From Octopus sinensis (Eukaryota): DNA of 64,000 bases. The notes beneath the pieces are model-generated. The model worked only from the letters and a program-made list of their open reading frames with translations. It had not been told where the DNA came from and made no database searches. The stretch lies in NCBI RefSeq assembly GCF_006345805.1, contig NC_043002.1, positions 19,344,001 through 19,408,000 on the forward strand, given 5' to 3'. The position numbers and the translations under genes were made by a program. Below are positions 49,886 to 63,520 of the stretch, in pieces (positions within the stretch are counted from its first letter, which is position 1; each line of letters opens with the position of its first letter).

Positions 49886-51779
49886 GTAGTCCCGTAAATA
49901 ACATGTAGAGGCGTAACGCGGGGTTTAAGACGGCCTCACGCACACACACACACACCACACACACACATATATTTTGTTTCTTATGTAAACAATTAAAAAA
50001 ATGGGATCATCCCATATTTATGACATCTGCTAACCAACGCCAACAATTTGAGCAGATCCATTTTTCTTTGTGCATATTTTTGACTCCGTAAACTTTTCGT
50101 CTACTGCATTTACAGTTTTGCAATTGTAGCGAAAAGTTTAGCCAGAATTCGAAACCCGAACTCTTGATTCACTGTTTGCAAATCTCGGCACATTTACAAG
50201 CTTGTGTTTTTGTTGATACTTTGTGTTGTAACCCAGAATAAAAATGCATTTATTTGGTCTAAATCGACCAATCAAAACTGTTCTCTTGATCCTACAATTC
50301 ATGATTCAGCTTTCTAATGACTGTTATAAAAATAGAAACAGTTCATTGGTTAATTGGTTCTTGGCATTCGTGAGAAATATAATCAGCGAAGACAACACAT
50401 CGGTAGTGGTCAGTACCATTGCCGTCGTCATAAAACGGCAACGGCTGCAACCACATCACCAATTCCATCTCAATCACTTGTCATCCAATTGACATCACTA
50501 GCTTACCATAACTGTTTAGCATTTAAACCGGCCATATCCAGCCCAGATATTCTAACAGTTTTTATGTTAAAACTGGTTAGATCTGGCGTCACACACCTAC
50601 CCAACAGTGTCATTCTAAAAATATATAATCAGATCATCGAAATATCGATGATAATGCATGATTAATTCAAATCAGTGGACAAAATTATTTGAATACTAAA
50701 GGATTAAAGCTGGTATATACGCGTACACTGTCAAAAATTCGACCAAATGTTCACAAACACGCACAACTAATATTACAGGCATACAAACATACACTGTAGC
50801 CCTTCGTTTACCAGAAATATATTTTACTGTTCAACACTTAATCTTTCTAACGCCCAATAATGGTGTGCAAATAATGCATTAAGGTTGCCCCTCGACAACG
50901 CTAGTTATGTCTGGTCTCCAATCTCTGTACTTCAGACAATAATTAGTTATACATAAAACAGCTCACTATAATACATAAAACAGCTCACTATACATAATAG
51001 GTTGTACTCGGATTAACCTGCAGGCTGCCGACTCAACGAAACAAAAATACTAAAAGATGACAGATCACGTGGATATGCAAAGGACTCAGTTTGTGGCTAC
51101 AGAAAGCTTCAAACCTCATAGTTCCTGTCACTACATGAAAAACCAACCCCTAACAACCGGACCAAGAGCACGGTTACAACAGTGTCCTAAATGCACCGCC
51201 ATTCTAACTCAACCCAGACAAGCATAAAGAATACAAACTCATGGAAATGCTTACACCATTAATAGTCTCACTTGTCCCAAAAACTGCACCTGGGGTAGTT
51301 GCGTCGTTGGGTAGAGGAGGGGCCGTGGAGTGGTCCACCAAGAGCAACAGTTTTACGAGGGCAGCACTTTTGAGTTTACTGTATAATTGATGGGGGACGG
51401 AGAGCAGCAAACTCATGGGCTGTCCCGGGGCAGCACATACTGGGATGCACACCACTGAATGTATAAGAACAGTAACTATTGCGCTCTTATTGGACACACC
51501 TCGTCCTCCACTTATTGGTCACCATTCAGAATCTGTGGAAGCACAGAAATAGCTTGAGAATGGAGGGAGTGAAATATGTTCGGACTGTCTCTCTGTACCT
51601 CTTACGATTCATAACTGCCTATCAGTATATTCAGTATGATCCTCAGTTTGACGAAAACATGGTATAACTGGAAAAATGGACCTGTGGAATGCTCCTAGTT
51701 GTTTGGCCTCATAGGATTGTTCGATCAGTGTTCAACTTAAGACTTGCTATCAGCATCACGAAGTATCTTTAACCCCGTC

Positions 51780-52140
51780 ATATCATACCATTATAATCGC
51801 CACCATCATCGCAGCCCCTCTACTCTGGCACCTTACCACCATCACCACCACCACTACCACCACCACCACTACCACCACCACCACCATAACCACTACTGAC
51901 AGCAACATAGCTGATACTATTTTCACCATCATACCAGCTGAAACTGTCAACATCATCATCACTGCCATCACTATTAATATTACCAGTTAAAATTGAACTA
52001 CCAACATCACTCCACCGCCAACGTCACCAATACAATATACACCCTACCACGACCACCACTACCCCCCCGCCAACAACAACATCAACAAAAACAACGACTA
52101 TCACCACCAAAATCTACCAACACATAATCATCATCGTTAA
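51780..52140. repeat. Low-complexity (CAC/CAT/AAC) tract
   Basis: Directly visible. Confidence 0.85.
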
Positions 52141-52549
52141 TGACAAACAATACACCATTGCAAAAGAACCTCGTCGACTTCGCATGTCATGTCGTAAAAC
52201 GATCTAGGGTTAATTTATTTAAATTAGTCAATTACATTGTTGTTTGTCTTATTATCTTTTCAACAATGTTTATGTGTTTATTAATTTGTGCGTGTGTGTG
52301 TGTATGTGTGTATGTGTATATGTGTGTCTGTTGTTTATTTTTAGGTCAACCCCAATTGAGCAGACGATCTACGATCAAAAGCATTCTATCCATGTTTATG
52401 CTGTCTGCTTTTATCAGGCCAATATATAGATTAACCGTAATACATAAAATGCCTTTCCTTAAACTGGTGGATGTGATTTGAAGGAGATTTGGTTGCTATT
52501 TCTTGCACGCAAGTGACCTACGAGAGATGCATTCTGTAAGATGGAAGAA

Positions 52550-52564
52550 AGAAAGAGAGAGAGG

Positions 52565-52652
<88 letters not shown>
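52550..52652. repeat. (GA)n microsatellite
   Basis: Directly visible. Confidence 0.97.
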
Positions 52653-52654
<2 letters not shown>

Positions 52655-52879
52655 TGCTAATTTTTAAAGAATGCAGCATATCATGTGTTGTATGGTATGT
52701 AAATATATGAAGCTTATAATTCCAGTAATTATGTTTTGAAACATCCAACTGCGAAAGTATACGAGAGTTATCAGAACATCGAACAGCAAACTGTGTATGT
52801 GTGTGTGATACACATTCGCATCATACGTATGTCTATGTGAATGTATGTTTATATATATATAAATATATATATATATATA

Positions 52880-53083
52880 GGGGGTGGGGAGAATTCACAA
52901 AAATAAAATCAAAAGACGAAGACAGGTGGTGTAGACAACAAACAGATGTATTAGTATAACGCTCGGGAAGTGAAAAAGTCTTTAACGTTTCGAGCCTACG
53001 CTCTTCCGCAGAAAGGAACACAGAAAGAAACAAGGAGAGATAATAAAGAATGTGTAGTGGCTAGCAATCTATCATGGCGAATG

Positions 53084-53133
<50 letters not shown>

Positions 53134-53465
53134 AGATCTACTCGCATAGCAAGTGATTTGATCTGAGATCGTGTGCTGAAACGAAAACAATTGCAGCGTG
53201 GAAGATGTTTGTAAGCCATTTAAGAAACACACAAAAGCCGTTCGATTCACTTCAACATTTAAGTTTAATTTGTCAAAATATTTTCGTCGCTAAAATCCGC
53301 GACCTGTTCACTGACAAAAATCCGTGCTATTTTTGTCAGTGAACAGGTCGCAGATTTTAGCGACGAAACTATTTTGACAAATTAAACTTAAATGTTGAAG
53401 TGAATCGAACGGCTTTTGTGCGTTTCTTAAATGGCTTACAAACACCTTCCACGCTGCAATTGTTT
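52880..53465. mobile_element. Penelope-like terminal region with hammerhead-like motif and a 137-bp-arm palindrome
   Basis: acgtttcgagcctacgctcttccgcag motif. Arms 53185-53321 and 53329-53465. Confidence 0.5.
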
Positions 53466-53475
53466 ATATATATAT

Positions 53476-53559
<84 letters not shown>

Positions 53560-53561
<2 letters not shown>

Positions 53562-54250
53562 AAGGATGGAGACAGTAGGGAGAGACTAGCTGAATACTTA
53601 GCGTTAGCCAGGTCAAGTGTGGGCAGTAGAGAACTATCCATCTATCGTGAATATTGTCGCGCCTCCTTCCTTGAAATGGGAAGTAAGAGCCATTTTCATA
53701 GTACTTGGGGCTATGGCGAAAGAATCTGTACGGTGGACGCGCGTCTGAAAGGTCTAGAGACAAACACCTTCCTCTCTGGTCAATCTCTCATCAACTTCTT
53801 CAAGTATTACTTGAAGAGGAAGGTGAGAGTAGAGAGGGAAGTTTTATCTAGTGAATGCTTCAAAAAAAGATGGGTGAATGTAGCAAGGATGGCACGTGCG
53901 AATGACGGAGCCAGCTTGAGCATAATCCTATGAACCAAAAGAAGAAAAAAAGCGAAAGGAAAAAAGAGAGCCACTTACTGTAATGTGTTTTCTTTTTGCA
54001 TGACACTATTGCCCAAGGTTCCCGTGGTCTTTTCCGTAGGCTTTTCTATCCACAGACAAACCTAATCTGTTCTCCCTTTTTACATCGACATTTTTGTGAT
54101 ACACGATCCCTATTGATCGGACCCACTTTTTTTTCCTCACGATCCTTTTGATCGGAATTTCACCCCCCTTTCCTTCTCCCCCCCCCAGCTCTACTTTGTA
54201 TTTTGTCCCTTCTGTGTTCAGCCCTGCGCGGCCAATAAAGAAATCTATCT
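53560..54250 (+). mobile_element. Tx1/L1-like LINE 3' fragment (ORF2 C-terminus + 3'UTR)
   Basis: RLKGLETNTFLSGQSLINFFKYYLKRKVRVEREVLSSECFKKRWVNVARM*, then a pyrimidine-rich UTR ending aataaagaaatctatct. The clade label is from memory. Confidence 0.65.
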
Positions 54251-55677
54251 GTTGTCAAATTTCATGTTGTCCAGTCAAGGTTTTGAAGCATTCATTTTCT
54301 GATGCTCCTTTTAAAAAAGTTTGGTTCTTCTTTACAGACGTCTTGGAAACCTTTTGGTGTATTCATTCTAATCTATGTAATGTGACTTCCTTTTCAGAGT
54401 AACACAGTGACCATGAATCATCTGGGTGTTAACAACATTAAAGAGTTCTTCGTCCATGCAAAGGTTTGTAATCTCTACAGAACTAATGTAATCAATTTAA
54501 TTGAAGTGATTCTTGATTGTAAACGTTGTCAAAATGCGCGCATGTCGCAGTTCGCTTTTTCCATGACATTATTAATGGAAGCATCATCTGTAACAAATTG
54601 CGTGAAAAAATTAAAAGGAAAGCTACATTTAGTCGTGACTGTAGTTTGAGTTCGCATAGACAAAGTTTGTTTAACTGCGTACTCGTATAATTAGCTGTAA
54701 ATCTAATGAAAGCTGCTAATTTTGTCACCTTGCTACTTCGTTTCTAGAAGGAGAGAGAAAGAGAAAGGGAAATAGAAAAGTGAAAGAAATGGTGTTACTT
54801 TCAGAGTGAAAAAGAGATTAAAACAAAAAGGGGTGAGGGAGAGAAAGAAAGTTAAAATGATTTGAAAATAGCGGTGAGAATAAGAGACACGTACAAAGAA
54901 AAGGAGAGAGAAATAAAAGAGGTACAATTTCAACGGGAAGCAAGAAGAGAATAGAATGGTGAGTAAAACAGATTTAGCGTTGCTGTGGCAGAGGGCCAAA
55001 GGTAATAGCTACGCTTAAAAGAAAGAAGAGAGCAAAGAAGGTGGCCACACGCACATTCACATAAGCGAGAGAACTTTATCATAGACAAAAGAATGAAAAT
55101 ATATTTTTAGCAAAATATGCTACCAGTTTCAATTGTTTTATAAGACGATTTAGTCATGCTTGAGAGAAGGGAAATATTAAAATAATGCATTTCAATTTTA
55201 TTTTCCCTTTTCTTACTTCTATCGTTCTGCTAGTGTCTGTTAATATAAATTTACTCTTGTGAAGCCTCTTAACCATTAGAATATACATAGTGCCTCTGGC
55301 CCTTGTATTACAAGTTCTTGGCTTCATGAGTTGTGTATAAAACAGTGGAAAGAAATACAAGAGAATGGGTTTTCAATAAACTGCGACACTTTATTCATCT
55401 GCTAAATGAATTTGTACAGCAAACCAGTTGGATATATCATGAAGATAACTGTCTGCAGAAATCATACATAATCGGCTTCTCAATTCAGTCGGAATTCGGT
55501 TACTTGTGCTTCAACAACAGGAACAAAATGGCGTGACATAACTTCCAGGAAATTCTCACCTCACTGGTGAAAACAGGAAAAAAAATCTCATATTTAAAGA
55601 TAAAATGAGGCTCACACAGGCTTTTGATTTTGCCGCGCTGGTTGGTCTATCACACAACGCGATTGGATACAAAGCTA

Positions 55678-56931
55678 TCAGGTTGAGTAAAAAGTAAGCA
55701 ACGTTTTGAAACATGAATTCATCACAATATATTTCAACAATGCGAAAATTTTATTCATCAAAGTAAGTACCATTACAATCGACACATTTTTGGTAACAAG
55801 TTACAAGTGTATTTATTCCAGTAACGTAAAAACCTGGAGTTCTGGAGCTGATGAACTCTCTGAACGCACTTTCAGCATCGGTTTGATTTTTGAACTCCTT
55901 CTCTCGCAGGAAATCATCAAGGTGCTTGAAAAGGTGGTAGACGGTAGGAGAAAGGTCTGAAAAATAAGCTTGGTGGGGAAGAACTTCGTAGCCAAGTTCC
56001 CTTGACTTCTGGAGCATCATTAGTGAAACGTGTGGTCGAGCATTGTCGGGAAGAATGATTGGCCTTCTTCTGCTGACTAATCTGGAACAGAGGAGTAGCA
56101 GTTTTTCGTTCATTTTGGCAATTTCCTGGCAATATCTTTCTGTAGTAATGGTTTTTTCGGGGTTAAGAAGTTATAGCGGATGAGTCCAGCAGTACAGCAC
56201 CAAACAGTCACCATAACCTTCTTTTTGAAGAGCTCGAGTTTAGGGAAGTTTTCAGTGCTTCATTTTGGTCTAACCACTGCGAAGAATGTTTTCTATGACT
56301 GTACAGAATCTACTTTTCATCGTAAGTTACAATACGGTCGAGAAATTGATCGGTCTGGTTACTGAGAAGAAGCGACAAGCAAATTTCATATCTGTGCATT
56401 TTGTGATTTTCATTCAAATCGTGTGGTACACATTTGTGGAGCTTTTATGATTTTCCAATCGTATGCAAATTGTTGCAGGCAGTTTTCTGGCTAACTTGAA
56501 GTTCTTTTGCCAGTTCTCGAGTGGTTTTATGTGGATCTTTCTCAATGATGGTCTTTAATTGACCGTCATTGATGACAGATAGGCGTCCACTAAGCTCACA
56601 ATCTTCAAGGCTCAGGTCTCCACTGTGAAATCGTTTAAACCATTTTCGAGCTGACAACTCACTGGTCATTTTCTCACCAAACGTTTAGTTGATATCGCGA
56701 ACAGTTTCAGCTGTATTACGTCCTTTTTTGAAGTTGAACAACAAAATTGCTTGAATATCGCGTTTTGACATTTCCATTTCAGATAATTGTAACAACGGTG
56801 AAAAAAAATCAATGTTGTTTTATTGAAGCACTTGGTAAGGTTAAAAAAAAGGTTAAAAAAACTCAAAACTGCAAAAATCCTGTACAAATTTTTCATGGTT
56901 CAAAACGTTGATTACTTTTTACTCAGCCTGA
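55678..56931 (-). mobile_element. Full-length mariner (1254 bp) with pseudogenised transposase (CDS ~55751-56777)
   Basis: ~33-bp TIRs tcaggttgagtaaaaagtaagcaacgttttgaa with TA TSD. KWFKRF, VPHDL, VTYDEK, HQAYFSDLSPTVYHLF. Stops and frameshifts. Confidence 0.96.
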
Positions 56932-57106
56932 TATATCCCACGTAAAACTAGACCAATCAGACTAGAAACGAACTCGGTCGATTATTACGCCTTCACACGA
57001 CCGGCTTATGTGACCAATCGTTAGGAACATGCAGGATGAGCCGATTTCCGACTATTCAAGCTTAAACCTTCCAACAATTTATGACAACAGACGAGCTACA
57101 CACACA

Positions 57107-57142
<36 letters not shown>

Positions 57143-57148
57143 CACACA

Positions 57149-57202
<54 letters not shown>

Positions 57203-57244
57203 TAATGAGAGAGATGGAAGATATGAGAATCTTTATTGATCACT

Positions 57245-57490
57245 ACAATCGTTTCAACCTATGTAGCATCGATCCCACGTGGATGGGATACTGCACAAAT
57301 GGTTTGGTGTATCCCTGAGTGTAGATGTGTTTCCCCAGGTGCAGAGTCCTGTTGCCAGGCATGGTGTGTTCCAGCAGCCACCCTCTTGACGCAGGGCAGC
57401 ACAACCTCCTCCAGGCACTTGATGTAGGTCTCCGTGTCGAGTCTGAGGCCGCGTGAGATTTGTCTGTCGGCGAATAGTCTGCACACAGTG
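57245..57490 (-). mobile_element. Tc1/mariner-superfamily catalytic domain fragment
   Basis: YIKCLEEVVLPCVKRVAAG..WQQDSAP. Confidence 0.8.
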
Positions 57491-57894
57491 AAAACGCAGG
57501 CTGGAAAGCGAAGCGTTTTCCAGTCGAAGTCGGATGTAGGGGATTCGTAGGACAGTGTGAGGTGACTGTTGTTATCGTTAGGCCTAACTCATCATAAAGT
57601 AAATACCACCATGAGTGATATCCAAACTACATTGGAAAAGGCAAGCCACTGGATTTGTTTAAAAAGAGACGATGAGCAATGGCTAGAAGAATATCGAGCG
57701 AAACCAGTTGATCTAGCAAGCGGGGTTACATTTGAATGAGTGAGGAGGAGGTGCACAATGATGCCGTCGAAAGCTAGGCCCCGAAACGACGCACATTCTC
57801 TCCTGATGGGCTCATAAACCTGCTAGTATCCGGTATGCAGAGCTTTCAACTGGTAGCACTTGCATCTGCGAGTTGTTTGCAAAAAATCTATATG

Positions 57895-58137
57895 TCATCC
57901 CAACATCGCTTGACAACTGATGCTGGTGTGTTTACGTCCCCCGTAACTTAGTGGTTCGGCAAAAGAGACCGATAGAATAAGTACTAAGCTTACATAGAAT
58001 AAGCCCTGGGGTCGATTTGCTCGATTAAAGGCGGTGCTCCAGCATGGCCACAGTCACATGACTGAAACAAGTAAAAGAGTATGTATGTATGAATGTATAT
58101 ATTTATGTATGTTTGTATGTATGTACGTATGTATGCA

Positions 58138-58176
<39 letters not shown>

Positions 58177-58250
58177 ATGTATGTATGTATGCATGTATGC
58201 ATGTATGTATGTATGTATGTATGTATGTATGTATGTATGTACGTATGTAT
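57895..58250 (+). mobile_element. SINE 3' half followed by (TATG)/(CTGT) microsatellite
   Basis: Matches 25135-25320. Confidence 0.85.
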
Positions 58251-59159
58251 AACATATAATAGAGATGAATATGATATAATGCAGATATGTGTTTCTGTAT
58301 ACCATATAACAATATAGTTGCATGTATCTGTGTGTCATATATGTAGAGTAGAAATGTTGCTGAATCATTCTCTTCATTATTTTACGTTCTTGCATGAGAG
58401 GAACACGTCTTTTCTTACATTGCTCTTTACCGTTTGTTGCGATCCTCTGTTCTCTCCTTCGTGGGAATCAACTTTCTGCGATCAGTCTTCATTACTTTTT
58501 TGCGAAGTCTTTCTCAACCTTTCTCTTCCACCAGTTCATTCTGCTTGAATCGCTTGGCACTTCTTTACCTATCTGCCACCGTCCGTGCCAACGAAATCTC
58601 ACTGTTGTACACTCTAGCCGATTCCTTGTATACCCAGTTTTCTCTTAGTTCATTTATACTCAGTTGTTCATACTCACAGACGTTACATACCCAGGAAAGT
58701 ATGTTCACTTCATTTCTTCCTAGTTTTCGCACAACCTCCGCATTCGGTGACTATGTTATACCACCGTGTAATATTACACGTTGTGCACAAGCATCATACA
58801 ATCTTCCCCATCTATCGAGGAAAAGAGAATCCCCTTGTTGCTATAAGAAATAATGGTTCTTTGTTAATTGCTGTAATGATGTATTGTATTGATCGGTGCA
58901 AACGATCACTATTTTTTTCCTACTAAATGTTGTGGAACACGCAATTTATCACCGGTTTCTTCTTCACTGACATTTTAAAAAGAGTACACCGAATCTGCGG
59001 AAACAACCTACCATCAATGGATATCAATCACTTGCAGATGTCACAAAAGGATTCTCCTTTTCTTAAAAGAGAAAACACTGCTCAACAAGAAGAAACTTCG
59101 ACTCTTAGTGTTTTGTTTTTACTAAATATCTGGTAAATAAATAACTTGTAATTCATTTC

Positions 59160-59330
59160 AACCGTCTTTACGTTCTGAGTTCAGATTCCGTCGAGGATGA
59201 CTTTGCTTTTCATCCTTTCGGGGTCGATAAAATAAGTACCAGTCAAGTACTGGGATCAATGAAATTGACAATCCCTCTCCCAGTGAATTTCCGACATGTG
59301 CCTATAATAGAAAGGATAATATGAAGCAAC
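59160..59330 (+). mobile_element. 5'-truncated tRNA-SINE
   Basis: gttctgagttcagattcc..ctttcatcctttcggggtcgataaaataagtaccag. Confidence 0.82.
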
Positions 59331-59748
59331 GTAAGTTAACAATTAGGCTCCATTCACAAGCAGATTCATCTAACTGCAATGAATACTGAGCAATCCAAAA
59401 ACTGCACGTCTTCTACATCCTTTCCTTTTCCCTAATTTTTGTCGTTGTATTGTAATATTACTTGAATGATTTTCTTATATCAGTCGCTGACTTGTACTAA
59501 AAGGAACTCAAACCCCTACTAACAACTAGTTTTCACCAATAACAAGCGACTTTCTGATTTTGGAGAGCAGTAATGAAATATTATACGAGATCACAGCTTA
59601 TTTTCCAGTATTGATGCGGATGAAAACATACTTGACAATCGGTTGGTTGCAAAATGATGCTTTAAATCAAAATGAATCTTTAGTTGTTCTGTCAAAATGT
59701 TCAGAATACGCGCTTAAACATAGGCAAACAATGTTAGTTCATCTAAGC

Positions 59749-60073
59749 CAGGGGTTCTCAACCATTTCCACCCCCTATCTATTGGCCCTTCTGATTATTA
59801 TTTTATTCAGGTGGACCCCCTCGATGCTTAAAAGCTAGTTTATAGAAACCTCTTTCAAAATTCCTATTTTGTTTTTCACACATTACCTTGTGCAGGTTGA
59901 ACCTTGTAAAATGTTATAGAAAGAAACCCAGTTGTTTCTTGTAAAATATACCAATACACACATCTGAAACAAAACTTTTTAGGGACCCTTAAAATACTAT
60001 TGTGGGTCTCCAATTTACAATTTCGTTGTGTGGATCCCCAAAATCTCATAAGGACCCGAGTTGAGAACCACTG
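59749..60073. mobile_element. hAT (Charlie-like) MITE, copy 2, with perfect 8-bp TSD ATCTAAGC
   Basis: caggggttctcaacc / gttgagaaccactg. TSD at 59741-59748 and 60074-60081. Confidence 0.95.
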
Positions 60074-62060
60074 ATCTAAGCGATATGCTTTATTACTTAC
60101 TTGAAAGTGCACAATGGCTCAGTAGGTAGACAGGATGAAGCTAACACAGAGAAATAATAGAATATTTGGCAAAAGTTACCTCACGAGGCATCTGGATGTT
60201 TCGGTGACAGCCTCGTCATCCAGTGTTAACAGATCGGTAATTACAGAATATATAATAGTTGTAAACGTCACGACTGGAAGGTCTACAAATCAACTAGAAA
60301 CAAAGGAACGAAGCTGTTACTTTATTATTTCCCAGACAATAATGACAGTGATTTAACAATAGTTAAAATGCTCTACTGGGAGGAATGCAATAAGTTGGAA
60401 CTCTTTTATACATATCAGAAGCTATATGCATATGAACTTACACAGTACAATGTTCCTTCCTCAAAGCGAGATACTCAGCCATTGATATTGTATAATGACT
60501 AAATAGCTCATACAATGTATAATGACTAAATACTCATACAACGCACGCTCGCACACACGAATTCAGCTTTGAGTAAATGTTCCATTCAAACAGTATTGAA
60601 TGCTTTTTCACTATATTACAATTCTACCAGTGTAAACCCAGAATCAGTTTGTGTGTGTGCATGCGTGCGCCATTATGTGTGTGCCATTCATTTGTATATT
60701 AAAAAAAAAAGAAAAGGCAAACACTTCTACAAGTGTCTTTTGCTTTTGTTATTTTTACAGCCGGCTATATTCATATGCCTTGACATTTTTGTAGATCTTG
60801 ACATTTAGATTTAAATACTCAGTAATCGACAATATGATAGTTTGGACGCACAGAACGACATATTTGGGAGAGAGGTGTCGGCGATATTTTTTTATCGACT
60901 CCGGGAGGATGAAAAGCAAAGTCGTTCCCAGAGGGTTTTAGCTCAAAGTGTAAAATGACGTAAATACCGCAAAACATCCTGGCCATAACACTATTCCTAC
61001 TTAATCTGTGATAATAATCAGAGCAATCTTCTAATATAATTTTATACTCTTTCTAGGATGCTTTATAGGAATATTAATTAACCCAGTACTTAATTTGTAC
61101 TTTATCGACAATGGAGAATGAATGACTAGTTGATCTCAGCGAGACTTGAACTCAGACCACAAAGTACCAATGTGCTAATGAATCAGAAATCTACCATTTC
61201 ACTTTTTTTTTCAACATTGCCTTCTTTAAAACACGAGGCAGACAGAAACCAAAGAGGCAGACGACACATTTGGGTTCCGATCTCTCGTAACCGCCGTCGT
61301 CAGTTATCGTTTTCATGTTCTACGACGGAATGTGACGGAAGATAGAGAGAGTGAAAGAGGGAAAGAGAGAAGGTAACTAAATAACTATGGGAGTGAGCAG
61401 ATGTGAAAGGAAAGAGAGAAAAAGGAAAAAAAAATAGAGCGATAAAAAGAAAAATTCAGCTAGTAAGTCAATGAACGACCGAGAGAAAGAGACAGAGTAA
61501 GAAAAGAGAGAGAGAAAGAGAAAAAAATATATGAATGAGGGATATGCGGAGAAAGGAGATACTAATAAACCAGTGAGCGACACGCGCGTTCAACATAGTA
61601 GCCGACTAAAGCAACACACGCTGCTTTAATATCGAACGTCTCCGCAATAAATTTTGTCATCGCTTTCCTTCTCCCGTGTGTGTAACTACGTGCGAATCTA
61701 TTTTCAGTTAACACCCTCACAGTCTTTCATTTCATTTCCTTTCTTCAATACTCCGCCTCTTTCTCTCCATAACGTTGGCAACGTCACTGTAACATCGTTT
61801 ATGTGTAGTACTGCCTTTTTTTTTTATTTATAACACTTATCAGTGTCGCTTTTTTTTTCCTGTCTTTATACAAGTGCTCATCTCTCTCTCTCTCCTGCAA
61901 CATCACAACCAACAGGCTGGCAACAAGCAATGTCGAGGTGCATCTTCTCTTAAGTGCAGCTGTGGTGCGCGCAAACCATGAGTATAACAGTATTATGTAT
62001 TTAATACATATATACCGCAATCTTATACAATTACCCGCCGTATAACAAATATACACACAC

Positions 62061-62120
<60 letters not shown>

Positions 62121-62769
62121 CATGAAAGAAAGGAAGATTTAAGAAGTGGACAATAGAAATAAACCGTATGAAGACAACATACACAAAGACTTCGGCCTGA
62201 GGAACAGATAAATACAGAGGAAAAAGAGAGATAAAGCAAGTAGGAGAAAGAAAGAAGGAGAGAGCACCTTTGTGGGACGAAGAATAATGAATTAAAACCT
62301 CCCCTGGTTGTCAAAACAAGAGAAGAAAATAGGTTTGCAAAGCCATGAGACGGCATAAGTTGAATATGCGCGCCATCTCTGAGAGACGGATTAGTTGCAA
62401 TAATCTTTAAAATGATTGTTTTACTCTGCAACCTGACTGAATAATTAAAAGAAAAAATAATAATAATAAAAGACCAGAGTGAGAAGTAGACGGAAATAGA
62501 ACATTTGAAATTGACTGAACTATAAATATATATATATATATGTATATATACACAAACAAGACATTTGACAAACAAACAAGCATGATCTCATATGGAGGTG
62601 AGTATCTCTATTTCTCTCTCTGTCTCTACCTTTCTTTCTATCTGTACTTGTGTGTGTATGTACTTATGTATGTGTTCTTAATGTGTGCATATATATATAT
62701 GTATATATATCGTGTATGTATGTTAGTATATATATATATATATTTTTTCTTTTACACGTTTCAGTCATT

Positions 62770-62996
62770 TTACTGTGGCCATATATATATATATATATAC
62801 ACCACACACACACACACACACATATATATACACACCACACACACACACACACATATATACACACCACACACACACATATATATATATATACACACACCAC
62901 ACACACACATATATATATATACACCACACACACATATACACACCACACACACATATATATACACACCACACACATATATATTATATATATATACAC

Positions 62997-63045
<49 letters not shown>

Positions 63046-63120
63046 CACACACACACATATATATACACCACACACACACACACATATATATATATACACC
63101 ACACTCGCCACACACACAGA
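62770..63120. repeat. Compound (CA)/(TA)/CACCA microsatellite
   Basis: Directly visible. Confidence 0.95.
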
Positions 63121-63414
63121 TAAAACATACTCAGTACATAGAGTTAGTAATAATGAGAGCAGGTAATGTTTACACCTAATTTTTCATGTTAGCATACTTT
63201 TTTTTCTCTTTCTAAATCGTGGTAATGAAAAAGTGATATGAAACTAGAAATAGTTTGATGAGGGCATTGGTTCGATATTCTAGGCCTTTGAGTCACTGCA
63301 ACTCCGATAAAATCGAAATACTATGCTTTATATAATGAGTTCTATTTCTCCCGTTTTTTTTTTACTTAGCCATCTTCAAATTTATTTACATGTCTATTTA
63401 CCTAAATGCCTAAC

Positions 63415-63435
63415 CATTATCTATCTATCTATCTA

Positions 63436-63471
<36 letters not shown>

Positions 63472-63520
63472 CATGTCTGTCTGTCTGTCTGTCTATTTAT
63501 CTATCTGTCTATCTATCTAA
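63415..63520. repeat. (TCTA)/(TCTG) microsatellite
   Basis: Directly visible. Confidence 0.92.

Noticed and set aside
51204-51497. 97-aa GC-richer ORF
   Set aside because: No recognisable motif or splice support. Possibly a LINE 5' region, but this cannot be supported.
54270-54730. Possible decayed DNA transposase (FVTDDAS-like peptide on the minus strand)
   Set aside because: A single short motif amid stops is insufficient.
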